Of a stretch of DNA of 64,000 bases, positions 1 through 14,250 are shown one piece after another. The position numbers and the translations under genes were made by a program. The notes under the pieces were generated by a model. That model did no database searches. It was given only the letters and a program-made list of their open reading frames with translations, and was not told where the DNA came from. How positions within the stretch are numbered: position 1 is the stretch's first letter; every line of letters begins with the position of its first letter. Origin of the DNA: Octopus sinensis (lineage: Eukaryota). The DNA lies in contig NC_043006.1 in the NCBI RefSeq assembly GCF_006345805.1, forward strand, positions 29,202,001 through 29,266,000. Direction: 5' to 3'.

Positions 1-3000
1 GTGTTCCTGTCTGTTCATTCCCCCCCCCCCCGATTCATCTGCCAGTAACTGCTGTACAGTTTTAGGACTTTCTTTCTCTGCTGGCCGTAGAGAAATGTCA
101 AATCAAGATTTATAATTTGAAGCAACACATTCCAAATAAGCCTTATGCAGGATTTTGTTTTTTTTGTTTTTGTTTTGTTTTTTTGACAGAATTTTCTAGA
201 ATTCCATTCCAAGTTTTCCTCTCTTTCTACATGGCATCAATTAAAGAAAATGTTCTATGATTTAACATTTACTTCACCTCAAATTTCAATCCCTATCAAG
301 AATTTTTTTAACATCTTTTATTTTTAACCCATAAATTATTTCACACGAGCATTGTTTCTAATTATCAAAAAGGGGTCAGCTAAAAAAATATCCTTGGAGA
401 AGATTAATCTTAAAACTGAGTTTGGATCCACTGTAGATTTATACCAAAATCCAAGCTCATGTATAAATGATGGCCAAACTCATCTATTTGTTTTATAAGA
501 TGAACAGATTCATCTGGTACTTTTCAAACTGACTTTTCATTAATTTTTTTTTTAATTCTTAAATTTCAAAGGTGCAAGGAAATCTTTTTTTTTTTCTTTT
601 TTTTTTTAATTTTTATTTTTAAGAAAAAATTTTGTTTTGATGTTTTTGTTTCTCAGATTTTATTAATTGTGTGTGTGTTTTTGTTACTCAAATTTTAGTA
701 CTTTATAAACAAAACGCACATACATAAACATTAATATTCATCCTCTTAATGTCCCCATGCTTTTCTATGCTTGCATTGAGTTGGATGGCAGATTTTCCAC
801 ACCAGATGCCCTTTCCTGTATCCACACAAAGCAACAGACATGCTTTTGCCAAATATTGGAAAGGAATGACAATGGCAGTCATTTACAACAATCACATGAT
901 GTCAAGTCAAAGGTCAGAGCTATACTCACACATATTATATGTGTCTTTCACTGAATCCTTGTGAATGCTGGAAACTGAAAGAAGCATCCTATATGTATGT
1001 GCATGCTTGTATTACTGTCTCCTTGCCTCAACACTGTGTGACAGTTGTAAATGAGTCTCATTGTTATGCAAGCAGTGTTATTCATTTCCAAATTTTCATG
1101 AAAACTTATCTGGTCATGGGAAAATATTACCTCATTTGGATATGAGGGTTGGCAACAAGAACGGCATCTGGCTGTAGAAAATCTACCTCAACAAATTCCA
1201 TAGAAGCAGGGAAACATGGACATTAAATTGATATGTTTTTCTTTGTTTTTTATCAAAATTGAAGCTGAGAATTTGTCTTACAACTCAAGTTTCAGTTTCA
1301 ATAGAAAACAAAAAAACATATCCTCTACATGTATTAACCACTCTTCATTCCTCTGACATAATTCTATATATTATAAAATATTGGTTTGTGTGTGTGCGTG
1401 TGTGTGTGTGTATGTAATGTGAAGACAGGAACATACAAATATGAAATAACAAGGTTCATTATTAACGAGAAGTTAAAATTCAAGTGTTTATAGTTTTCCT
1501 ACAAAGGCTTGAACTTAATAAAAAGGCTTGTTTGATAATGTTAATAATCTGTTGAATTTATACGTGTGTGTGTGTGTGTGTGTGAGTGTGTGTGTAACAA
1601 GGCAGAAAAATTAGGTTTATGAAGGATCCATTGAATAAATTCAACATATATTTTAACATTATCAAACAAACTTTTACCAAACCAATAATTTCCATGAAGT
1701 TGATGCCTTTGTTGGAAAACTATAAGCACTTGAATTTCAACTTCTCATAAATAATGACCCCAGTTATTTTGCATTTGTAATAATTTCTTGTTTTCATTCT
1801 GGTAAAATACCATGACAGTCAAGACATCTCATGTACTAGGACATCTTTTTTGGAGTTTTTCTAATGCTTCACTGTATAACCCAACTGACAATTTAGTTAC
1901 TGTCCCCACAATATGCCAAAATATTTAATAGCATAATATTTACTACAATATTGTTGATTCACTGAAGGAACAAGCCCAGAGCCTTGAACTAAAAACATGC
2001 CTTAACTCAGTTATTCAGTTTGTTTGTTCGTTTTGTTTGTTTTCAAGCAGCTGTTCTACTGTTTGTGTAAGATATCAGAGGAACAAAGATTTGATAGAAA
2101 CTGTTAAACTGTGTAATTTTTCTATAGCAAATAGTAAATAAAATATAAAAATTTGGAACGATATGTGTTGTATTTCATTTAACTATGTTTTTTAATGAAC
2201 TCTAAAATCTTCAGCTCAACCCTCAGGAAATAGTATGCAGGATTGAAATGCCATACCTAACCCTTAGCAGTATGGAAAACAACATTCAACTCATATCAAA
2301 GGTGACGGTAAGGGATAATGAAAGAGGTGATGATACAAAAATGCTTGTTGACATAGATTTATTATTTTGACTAATTCTGAAATTCTTCCTCTGAAAGTTG
2401 CTACTTTTTATTGCTATTGAGTAAGAGAGCAACTCAGACCACCAAAGTAACACTGGGGTACAATTATACGAAGCCCAATATCCCCATCATGACCACATGT
2501 GCACACAACATGGTGATCTTATATCAACATAAACAGCACATGACCTTGCAGTTGGAATTTTCTTCAGGTTGAGTAGCTCATCCTGCTCAAAAGGTCCCTG
2601 AATAAGGTTTGTTCAAGGTTTATTCAAACCCCAAAGAATTCCTCTCAACACACAGCTATGATGTTCCCCACTCCACTACTTCTGCAAGTGATCAGAGATG
2701 CACATATCGTCAGCCACGAAGGGACATGCTCAACTGGTTAACAGTCAAACAACTGACAAGCAAATATGTGGTATTGAGCAGAATATTGTAGCCTATCAAT
2801 GTACATGATAAAACTTCCAATCAGTTAAGATCAGAAGCCATGAGAGCCACTGCATTCTTTCAACATGCTTTCAGGGTCGATAAATTAAGTACCAGTTGCA
2901 CACTGGGGATTGATGTAATCAACTATCCCCCCCCCTACCCTCAAATTCCAGGCCATGTAGTAGAAAGGATTATTATTATTATTATTATTATAGATGAATT

Positions 3001-4199
3001 ATTTTGTGCCAATTTTCTAAGTTACATCATGACTTGTTCCATTATTTTAAAGTTTATTTATAGAGGCTTGTTGGTAATTAGTTGCTACCTGTTTATTTTA
3101 AATTATGAATTTTTTTTTTTTTTTTTTGTAAATCAAGTTAGTTTGTAAAGTATTTTTATCTTTTATTGTCAGGCAAGTATTAAGAGAAAACAAGAAAAAG
3201 CACTCACGCAAATCACCCAGTTTATGTAAAAGGTGTCACTGCTTATCTGTGACTTCAGTTATTTATGACACCAACAACTTGCTACATAATTACATTGTGT
3301 CATGGTATATAACTATGCATTTTGTATTTATCACTTGTTGTGGGTTTATAGTTAAGCTCTCCCGTCACAGTTAAAGATTCTCCTAGTATGACTGTTTCAC
3401 TCTAATGCCATTCAGGAAGTCCTGAATGTCACCGTTTCTCAGACATTATTTTGCTCAACACTTGTTTCCATACACGTCAAACCTTATTAACAGAGATGAG
3501 CATTAATACCAAAAAAAAAAAATTGATAACACCTAATTCATCATCATCATTTAGCGTCCACTTTCCATGCTGGCATGGGTTGGACGGTTCAACTGGGGTC
3601 TGGGAAGCCAGAAGGCTGCACCAGGCCCAGTCTGATCTGGCAATGTTTCTACAGCTGGATGCCCTTCCTAACACCAACCACTCCATGAGTGTAGTGGGTG
3701 CTTTTTACGTGCCAGACAAGGCTGGCAAACGGCCATGATCAGATGGTGCTTTTTACAGAGGCAATGAGAATGACATATCTGACTAATGAACACTAGTAAT
3801 TCTTTTTTGGAAGATGCTAAGATTTCATTGTCTATCCATATATATATCTACATAATGATTTCTCACTCCTTCAGCAACAACTGTGAAGTATTTGTTTAAG
3901 AGCAAAACGTGTTCAAAGTTGTCTCTTCTACTTGCTTATCACCATCATTTAATGTCTGTTTTCCATTTGGATATGGATTGGATGGTTTGATCAGAGCTGG
4001 CAAGATAGAAAGCTGCACCAGGTTCCAGTCTGATTTGGTTTCTGTGGCTGAATGTCCTTCCTAACACCAACCACTTTACAGGGAGCTCGGTGCTTTTTAC
4101 ATGGACCTGCACAAGGGCACTTGCAAGGCAAAACCCCCTTCAGCTGAACATTAACAATTCTGCTGTGGTGGACGGCTCTTCTTGAGTATAGCCAGGTGC

Positions 4200-4690
4200 T
4201 AGATATCTCGGTCCTTTATCATCTCCTTTGTGAGGCTCATTCAGAGATTGGCCTTCAGTACTTCATCCCGTGTCTTTCTGAGTTTCCCTCTTCCACTAGT
4301 TCCATCCACTTTAAGTAATCAGCACTTCTTTATGCAGCTGCCTACATCTATACACATCACATGCCCAAACCAGAGCAGTCTTCTCTCTTGCACACTGCAT
4401 CTAATTCCTCCAATGCCCAACTTCTTTCTCTATACACTACCACTGTTATACTTGTACACTTACATTACACATCATCCAGCAAAGCATACTCGCCTCGTTC
4501 CTCTCTAGCCTTTATATGTCATCTGCATTCAGGGCCCACATCTCACTCCCATGCTCAACTGATGTTCATATACATGCATCGTACAATCTTCCTTTCGCTC
4601 GGAGAGAGAAAGACCTTTTGTTGCAAACAGAGGTAAAAACTCTTTGCATTTTCTCTATCCTATTCTTATTCTAGCAATTACATTTTCCAT
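4200..4690 (-). mobile_element. RTE LINE 3' fragment
   Basis: Nucleotide similarity to the fragments at 50400-50880 and 53800-54300. Confidence 0.6.
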
Positions 4691-6318
4691 ATATCCTTCC
4701 CTACTACAAATTAGGCCTCATTGACAGCAGAGCCAATGCCCCTTGGGGGCATTTGGGAGAATGTTAGATGAATTCAGTAATATTTTAATATAAGTTTTTT
4801 ATCACTGCATTAATAATTCTAATGAAATTAGATACTTCATTAAATTATGTTAGCACTAAATAAATTATCGGTTTCCATGTGGGCGGTGTTTCTAAAGGAT
4901 TAACTTCAGTCATTATTACTTTAATTTAACTTAGACTGAATGAACCACTGAAGTCTTTATATCAAGGTCCAAATCCTTTTTCAATCTAAAGAATCCTATT
5001 TAACCAAATATATATAAAAAAGAAAACAGAAACTATTATTAGCTAGAACTGAAGTAATGCTTCCTTTTCCTTAAAGATCTCTAAGTTTAAATAACTTGTC
5101 ATGACCTCATGAGGTATAATCTTTTAGCCAACCAGAAACCTTCAGTTCAGGAGAGGTATTGTTAAGAGGTTCAAGAATTGCTTAATGTACTCTATGCACA
5201 CTAAATTTTTTTAGAACATCACCCTAAGAAAGCTATCAGACATTATTATGTAAAGGAAAATAGTGACTGAAAAATATCAGGTAATGCAGTTAGCTGCTCA
5301 GTTGGACAAACATCCATTATAAGCAATAGAAGTTTTCTTATATTGAAGAGCAACAAATTTTGTCTTAGCATATGGTTACCAGTGGATGCCACTGACAAAA
5401 CCCAATTAGGCAGGAACGTGCAACCAACATTCTGACTTACTAGACAATTTTCAGCTGCTACTGATATGGTTTTAAACATCAGATCCTGTCAAACTGTTCA
5501 ATCCATGTCTGCATCAAAATATGAATGCTTAATGAAGAGGACGTTTCTGTGTGTGTGTGTGTGTACATATATCTATGATACCCAGTCTACCAATTTCTTT
5601 CACAATCATTTGCAAGCCAATCGTCCTCATCCCTAAACATCTTCCTTCACATTCTTATGGGACATCCTGTTTGATCCCTCTATTATACTTCTATGTGGCA
5701 CAAAGCCACTTCCCACAGTTCCATTCTCTCTCTCTCTCCTAGCTGAGGGGGTCTTCATCCCACAAGTTACTTAACAACCTTGCTGATGTTGGTGCCATGT
5801 AAAATGCACTCGTGCTCATGCCACGTAAAAAGCGCCCAGTCCACACTCTGTAAAGCGGTTGGTATTAGGAAGAGAAACCATCCCAAAACAGAAAATGGAG
5901 CCTGGTGCAGCACTCTGGCTTGCCAGCCCTTGTCAAACCATTCTACCTATACAAGCATGGAAGACAGATGTTAAAAGATAATATATATTTTATGGTCCTG
6001 AAAGGGGTTGAGAGGAACATTGGAGTATTTCCAATGCAGCACTCAACCCAAGCTTCTAGATATCCCCACTCTTGAACTGGAGTTTCAAAGAAGATTGAAA
6101 TTCCACTGGTAAAGAAACTCCTGATATAGTCCAACATGTGAGTCTAGCAAAGAGTAAAATATAATCCCAATGAGAAGACATCTTTGATAACCAGTTACAA
6201 TTGTTTCATTATCACTCTTTTTTTCCTTTTTATGTGCAATGGCATTAAAACAATTTCAGGTGAAAAAAACCATATTAGCAGCTTTTTACATTAGTGGCAT
6301 ATCCTCAGACTTGCATAA

Positions 6319-9300
6319 TGTTATATTACTCTAATTTAATTCTATGATCTGACTAAGTATCAAACCAAGTTTAGTGACTCTGCTTTATTTCGTGCGTTCA
6401 CCTTGAGTCCTTTTAAAGTGAACTTTTGACTGCCTTCTAATTTGCATACTGGTTTCTTTCGTAAGTGACATGATACTTTTTGCACGTGGATTTTTAGGTT
6501 CTGCTTCTTTTTTTTTAAATCAGTATGCATTTTTGCATTCGAGTAATGTAATCCAAGTTAATAATTCTGTATTAAAGCATAACAGAGTTATTTTAGCAAT
6601 AAGGATGAGATATGCTGTTTGATTTAATCAGCATTGCTTACCATATGTTGCGAAATGGAAAAGCTTGTCGAACTTCAACAAATTTCCATTCAAGAGAAAT
6701 GCTCGGAAGATCAAGAACACCATTACGAAGGACAAAGTAAAGAACAACAGCACTGTCATGAAGAGCAAATGAAAATCTTACAAGAGATGATTGGAAAAGC
6801 TTCCACAAGTGCTGGGGTTGAGTCAGTCATTTCTACTCCTCAAGTTGCCATGCCCAGTTTTTCTGCATTCAATTCTACTACGGAGCTATGGACTGGTCAA
6901 GGTTTTGCACTTTTACCAAGGTGCATTCAGTTCCTGACAGTAAGAAACCTAAAGTTTTCCTTACCAATTAAACTTCTACTATGTACAAGATGTTATCCAA
7001 TCTGGCAATACAAGCAACACCTCCAAGAGACATCAATGATCTTACAATGGACCAAATCTTCGACTACATGAAGCAACAATTTGATCCGAAATGATTTGTT
7101 GTGTGTGAGAAATTTCACTTCTGGAGTGACATGAAGTGCAAAGTGGGTGAGTCAATTCAAGAATTAGCTACTCCTATTCGCCAGGCTGCTGCTACCTGTG
7201 ATTTTACATCAATCAAGGATCCTCTGGATGAAGCGTTGCAAACACGTTTCATTTGCTCAGTCAATAACAAAGCTGTGCTAAAAGTGCTTTTCAAAATCAA
7301 TACCAATGAACTTACATTCAATCAAACAATTGAAGTCGCTATTGAGACAGAGAATGCGGCTAAAGTTGCTAAAGAAATCGTCTACGATTCTATTCCTATG
7401 CAGGTACAAAAGGTTAAATGTTTTAAATCTACAGGTAAAAAGACGGCAAGTTCTAAGCCAACCGAAGACAAGTTGAAACAGAAGTGTTACCGCTGCAGGA
7501 AAACTTATCTTGCTCCCGACTGCCATTTCAAAAATGCTACTTGTAATTATTGCAAGATTCAAGGGCACTTAGAGTCAGTATGCTGGAAGAAAGTACGGTT
7601 GCAAAATCCTAGTAATTCTGATAATACAGTAAGAAGTCTAGAAATTTGTAACCTTTCTACTGTTTCTGATAATTCTTGCAGGGTTCCTTAATTACTTGTT
7701 CCAGTCCATATCCATTCCAAGCTGGTGCACATGGAACTGGATACTGTGACAGGAGGAAACTTCATTTCAGAAGAATTATGGTCAGAAATGGGAAAACTGG
7801 AACTTCAACCAGCAACCTTGCCGTATCAATCGGCTAACAAATACGCTCTTCCAATCGTAGGTACTTTCAGGGGTCAAACTAGTGTTGAACCCCATGCTGA
7901 TAAAACTTGTGCCATCACGTACCATGTTTCCAAAGTTCAAACTTTGAACTTATTAGGACGGGATGCTATTACAAAGCTAAAGATTTGAACTGACGATCTT
8001 CTGTTTTCCAGGGAATCTAACATGGAAGTAAAGGTGCTAGCTTCACATCTCCGCGAAGTAGATGCACATTTGCAAGAGTCATGTTGGAAACTTTGCGATG
8101 AATATGTGGAGTTGTTCAAGCCAGGGTTGGGCTGTCTTCAAGGTTTTGAGCTGGATGTGCAATTCAAATCCAATGTTAAACCTGTTTTCTGCAAACCAAG
8201 GTCTGTTCCTTTCACTCTCCAAGCTGATTTAACTCAAGCTATTAATGCTGGCATAAAGAAAGGAATTTGGACTCTGGTTCAATTCAATGAATGGGGTACT
8301 CCGGTTGTTCCAGTCCAAAAGAAACAGACATCACCAACTGCAGGTACGCCCTTACGAATTTGTTGCAGTCATTTTGGGGATCAGTGCAATTCTATTCAAA
8401 GTTTTTGCAACTTAGTTTTTCTATAGTTGCTTCACCTCTCCACAGGCTCTTGCGTGATGAAGTTGAGTGGAATTGGGGTGAACCGGAACAAGCCACTTTC
8501 CTGAAGTTGAAGGACAACCCTACATCCGATTCAGTTATGGCTCATTTTAATACTGCTGTGCCATTGGAAATAGCATGTGACACATCCAGTATTGGTATTG
8601 GAGCATAATGGAGATGAAAAACCAATTGCTAACGTCTCCAAGCTCATTTCTGCATCTCAACGCAGAAAGAACGCTTTTGGCAGATCATTCATTCTGGTAA
8701 CGGATCATAAATCACTCCTGTCAATTTTTGGCCCTAACAAGCCGGTGCTAGGTTTGGCTGTCAGTCGATTGGCTCACTGGGCACTCTTTCTCAACCAGTT
8801 TTCCTATGTCATAGAGTATCGAAAAAGTAACCAGAATGCAGATGATTTTAGCCGCCTTCCTGTTAGAGAGGACTCCATCTCTAATGGGGAGGAAGCCATG
8901 GATGATACCAACGTTGTGTGTGCAATTGAAGCAATTAGTTTACAAGTCCAGCCTATAGATTAAACTTTAGTCAGGAAGGAGTCCTCCAAAGATCCAGTTT
9001 TGGCACAAGTGATGCATTTTACAAGACACGGTTGGCCTTCACATATTGACTCTGATGATCCAGCAGAGCAATTCCAATCTTTGAGCATGTGTCACAAATG
9101 TTTACTGTACAGTAGAAGACTAGTCATTCCTACCAGTCTACAAGAACGAATCTTACAACTGCTACACACAATTCATCTCGGTATGCAATGGATGAAGCAA
9201 TTAGTGTAGACGGCAGTATACTGGCCAAACATTGATGCGGAAATCATGGATCTTTGCCACCACTGCACAGAAAGGCACCACCTAAACCAGCAATTCATCC

Positions 9301-9460
9301 ATGGATAATGCCCAAAAAGCTTTGGTCTTGTTTGCATGTAAATCATGCCATCAACTTTATAAGGCATAATTGGTTAGTAGTCACTGATGCATACACTAAA
9401 TACCCTCGTAGCCATGCCACTACTTCAGTTTCCAGTAAGACTACAATGGAGTTGTAAGAG
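6319..9460 (+). mobile_element. Decayed Ty3/Gypsy LTR retrotransposon (gag-protease-partial RT-RNase H-partial integrase)
   Basis: Frameshifted ORFs 6634-9457 show a gag zinc-knuckle pair (CYRC...CNYCKIQGHLESVC), an aspartic protease (ELDT), the RT start (WGTPVVPV), RNase H (IACDTS, TDHKSL) and an integrase HHCC region plus LVVTDAYTKYP. A TG...CA LTR-like segment at 6319-6584 is followed by a CpG-decayed PBS-like TAGCAATAAGG. The 3' end is truncated by a SINE at about 9470. Confidence 0.88.
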
Positions 9461-10184
9461 AAAGATTTTGTGTGTCTGTATTTGTCACCCCACCATCGCT
9501 TGACAACCGATGCTGGTGTGTCTACGTTCCCGTAACTTAGTGGTTCGGCAAAAGAGACCGATACAATAAGTACTAGGCTTACAAAGAATAAGTCCTGGGA
9601 TCGATTTGTTTGACTAAAGGCAGTGCTCCAGCATGGCTGCAGTCAAATGACAAACGAATAAATGAATAAAAGAAAAAAGAATGAAAAGTACATTGTCAAG
9701 ATAAAGACAAAATTCCCAAGTTGTGTCCTGAATACCAGAAAGATTGCTACATTCTCACGATCCCTAGAGAAGATTTGGTTGGCTGTCCACCTCCTCCTCA
9801 ATAGAGACATTGACCTTCTGCTTGTATAAGAAACTATTATCCAAATAACGATATCATGTCACAGTAAAATAAATAAAATTGAAAACAAATAAAACAAAGC
9901 AGCATAAAAATAAGGAAAGAGCGACTCCTTCTGTATTGAAAACATATCTGTACTCAAAAGTGTTACTGTATTATATATCAAGCTGAAAGGTCATTGAAAA
10001 TGATAGATTTTCTTAGATAATTTTATTGTTTCGTTGACAAGAATATATTTCGGACTTTAGTAACAAAAGAATTTTATTGTTGTTGATATCACTGGTGTTG
10101 TGGCTTTCAAAGCAGCAGCAGTAGTAGAAGTGGGAGTTGCTGTTGTAGTGACTTTAACCTTGTGTGATGATGTGTGTGTGTGTA

Positions 10185-10217
<33 letters not shown>

Positions 10218-13200
10218 AAGGTGTAGAGCCATAGAGCAGAAGTAAGGTGTTGTCATAATCTAGCAACATCATAATGTATGCAAAGTAATGACATCGTATC
10301 AGAATAGAAGGAGGGTGGATGTGGTAGCCATCCAGTTGATGGTTGTGAATCTAATAATTTCCCAACTCAGCGCATAGAGTTTTAGTCTTACTGCAGACAA
10401 CTCAAATGGGACATCAAGAATTCAAGCATTCCGTATGAGCACAATCAACGTAGGTAAGGTGCCTTAACTTCAGGCAGGTATCGAAACCAGATGGTAGTTT
10501 TGATTTGCTGGAAACAAATTTACTGCTTGACATCAGGCTCCAAGAAACACTGGATTATTGACTGGTTTCATATGCCACGCTAAAATATTGAGCTTAAATA
10601 TCCCCACAGGTAGAAGGCTATAAAAACCATTCCAGTTTGCCCCTTTTAGTATTTCCTCTTACAGATAAAGTTATTAGGGTTACTGCAAGAACTTACAGAG
10701 CCTATTGGTTAATATGGTTGCTCCTTGAAGCCATAACCCACATAGTAACATTACCCCTAACTTCTATTTGTTTAACACACAACCATATTATTATTGTAAT
10801 AATTAAGATTCTCTGCCAGTGAACCAAAATAAAAACTGTCCTTTATGGCCTTCCTTGTTTTACATAACATGATGCAGGAGATGATGATGCTCACAACACT
10901 TGCAGTCATTTCTAAAATAGACACAATGAGGGAAAGCGTAGAAGACGATATTGATTTCCGTACTTGGAAGGTAGGTACCTTCCAAGTTTTATCAGCCCTG
11001 GAAGGCTGAAGGATAAAGTTGACCTTAGTGAGATTCCAGCTCAGAAAGCAAAGGAACAGAAACATTGCTCGGCACTTTTTCTGTCACTCTACAGATTCTT
11101 CGAATCACAACCATGATGATGATGATGATTATGATGATTGATTGATTCTGATTAAAGCACACTTGAGGGGAGGGGATTAGTGGATATCATTGAACCCAAT
11201 ACTTGACTGTTACTTTATTTTCTCAATCCTGAAAGAACAAAAGGCAAAATTAACCTTGACTGGGCTTGAAGGCAATGCTTCAACTCTTGAGTTAAAGCTA
11301 ATTAAAGAGTTATCCACAACAAATACCACAAGGCATTTTGCCTAACGATTCACCCACCCCAAAACAACTATTTCTAATAAGCATATAGACTGAAATTTGG
11401 GGATGTGCTGATCGATTACGTCAATTCCGGAAGGAAGAACGGCAAAGTTTATCACAATATAATTTGATTTCAGACTATATATAAAGTTGGAACAAATACC
11501 GACACTCTAGCATCAGTACCACCACAACTCCAGTGATGTTGATGGTGATTATAAAGATGATGATCTTTCTGCTATAAGCACAAGGCCTGAAATTTTGAGC
11601 AAGGAGTTAGTCAATTACATCAACCGCAGTGCTTGACTGGTACTTATTTTATTGACTCTGAAACAATAAAAATCAAAGTCGGCCTCAGCAGAATTTGAGC
11701 ACGGAACATAAAGACAGACAAAATGCCTCTAAGAATTTTTCCCAGCGTGCAAATTATTCCACCAGATTACTGTCCTACTACTACTACTACTAATAATAAT
11801 AATAATCATAATGGTTTCAAATTTTGCCACAAGGGCAGCAATTTTTTGGTGGGACGGGATGAGATGATTACATTGACCCTAGTGTTTAACTGCTACTTAT
11901 TTTATCGACCTCAAAATGATGAAAGGCAAAGTCGACCTTGGCAGAATTTGAACTCAGAACGTAGTGATGGACAAAACACCGTTAAGCATTTCATCTAGCA
12001 CACTAATGATTCTGCCAGCTCACTGCCTACAATAATAATGATAATAATAATAATAATAATAATTCATTCCACTAAAGGCACAAGGCCTGAAATTTGGTGG
12101 GCAGGGACTAGTTGATTAGATCAACCTCAGTGCTTCATCATCCTCATTATCATCGTTTAACATCTGTTTTCCATGCTGGCATGGGTTAGACAGTTTGACT
12201 GAGGACTGGCAAGCCAGGAGGCTGCACCAAGATCCAATCTAATCTGGCAATGTTTCTACAGCTGGATGCCTTTCCTAATGCCAATCACTCCGAGAGTGTA
12301 GTGGGTATTTTTTACGCGCCACCAGCACAGGAGCCAGTCAGGCAGCAGTGGCATTGGCCATGTTCGGATGGTGGTTTTTTACATGCCACTGGCACGGGAA
12401 GCCAGTCAGGTGGCACTGGCAACAACCCATGCATGAACGGTGCTTATTGTGTGCCAGTCAGCCGGATCTGGCATCAGCCACAACTACAATTTGATTTCGA
12501 TTTGATTGAGGTGCTGATTGTAACTTTGATTTTGAATTTTGATTTTTGGTTTTACTTGACTCAATAGGTCTCCTCAAGCACAGTGTGTAGCCCAACGATT
12601 CAAAGGTACTTTTTAAATGGACTGATTAGGTGACACTAGCATCAGTCATGGCTGTGATCTCACTTTACTTGCTGGGTCTTCTCAATCACAGCATATCTCC
12701 AGAGGTCTTCGTCTCTTGTCATTGCCTCTGTGAGGCCCAACATTCAACGGTCATGCTTCACCACCTCATCCCATGTTTTCCTGGGTCTCCCTCTTCCACA
12801 AGTTCGTTCCACTGTTAGGGAGTGACACTTCTTCACACAGCTCTTTACATAGCACAGACCATACCAGTGATTCCTGATGGGCCAGGGGCTTTTCTTGACT
12901 TCACATCCTTAATTGCTTTATCTACCAGGGTGCTATCAATTCAGGTAGCTGGTCCCTCGACTGGGTCAAAATTTAGCAGGCTCAACACTTAATTTATCAA
13001 CCTCAAAAGTATGAAAGGCAAAGTCGACCTCAGCAGAATTTGAACTCAGAATGTAAAGGCAGACAAAATACCGCTAAGCATTTTGTCCAGCAAGCTAATG
13101 ATTTTGCCAGCTTGTCACCTTCAATAATAATAATAATAATAATAATAATGGTTTCAAATTTTGCCACAAAGGCAGCAGTTTGAGGGGAGGGGATGAGTCG

Positions 13201-13259
13201 ATTACATTGACCCCAGTGTTCAAAGGGCACTTGTTTTATCAACCCCGAAAGGCTGAAAT

Positions 13260-14250
13260 GCACGCTTATATAGACGAGGTGATACTAACGATCTCCTGCA
13301 TGTTATTTTGATGTTATGTGTAGTAAATTAGCAAAGGAGTAGTTAATCACGTTCGCTTGGAATTTTCTGGAATATTCTAGATTGTTCAAGAATGTTCGAT
13401 CAGGATAGATAACTGTCGTTGACTCCCAACAAATATTTTGTGGGCTTGTGAGTCTGTTTCAATTAGTGTTGCATACAGTCTTTATCTTGTATTTTTCTCA
13501 CATCATGTTTAAGATTTACCATAGTCTGACATTCTTTTGCGATGGTCTGCAGAAATAAATCCTGGTTTGCTTGCTCCATTTTCAAAAGAATTTTTGTCTG
13601 AATTTCTCTACCTTCAGGTGCTATAAGTTCTTGCACAAAGATAAGTGATTTGAACATATCCCAACTGAGATTCTGGAGTTTGAAATTTTCACACATACAG
13701 TTGACTACTCTGGCATGGGTGATAAAATCATCCTCCTCATTTTTTGTTAAGTTCCAACACTCCATTCTGGTGTTGAATAATCAACAACTATCACAAAAAA
13801 TTTTTGAAAACAATTCAACGGTTTCTTGGAAACCGTTCTCACTTGACCTTTTGGGCAGAATAAAGTTACAGTAATGCTCATGTTCAACAGAAGCTACCTT
13901 GCATAGTAAAAGTTTTACTTTCTGTTCCTCTGACCAGGACTTGCACTCGTTAAAATTTTCCTTGTATCTTCTATAATATGTGGGAAACATAATACCCTCC
14001 TCTGGATTATAAGTAAATTCAGAAATTGTTCCTGTTGCTTCTCTTGAAGTTGTACTACTGTGGCTAATAGGTTTTCTATGACACAGAAATTGCCAAATAA
14101 CCAATGTGAGTTTCAAACAATTCTCATTGCCAGGTGTTATAGCTTTATGGATAAATGAACACACTGCAACAGTGTAATAACAATATAATCGAAACAAATG
14201 GCAGTAAGCACACAGGATGTAACAACAATGTTTTAAGAACCAACAATCCA
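13260..14250 (-). mobile_element. Internally deleted Ty3/Gypsy-type element: U5-like end + PBS + gag fragment + U3 of the 3' LTR
   Basis: Minus strand: ...ATAACA (LTR end, 14135), PBS-like TGGCAATGAG (14132-14123), gag-like FTYNPEEG...LLLCK...FILPK...ENFKL ORF pieces, then a TG-starting LTR segment at 13431 with TATATAAG at 13272-13265. Confidence 0.7.
13360..13397. promoter_or_regulatory. Heat-shock-element-like array, 8 contiguous inverted nGAAn units (7 perfect)
   Basis: GAAttTTCtgGAAtaTTCtaGATtgTTCaaGAAtgTTC, read directly from the sequence. Confidence 0.7.

Noticed and set aside
189-201. Three-unit HSE-like GAAttTTCtaGAA
   Set aside because: Minimal length, expected by chance in AT-rich DNA, and no nearby promoter is evident
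5246-6150. Minus-strand ORFs (DLMFKTISVAAENCL..., THMLDYIRSFF...) as exons of an upstream gene
   Set aside because: Only one has a good donor and the other only a fair acceptor; no recognisable protein and no consistent exon chain could be built
10637-11065. ORFs with hydrophobic, transmembrane-looking stretches on both strands
   Set aside because: The minus ORF begins in a decayed SINE and splice signals are inconsistent; not supportable as coding
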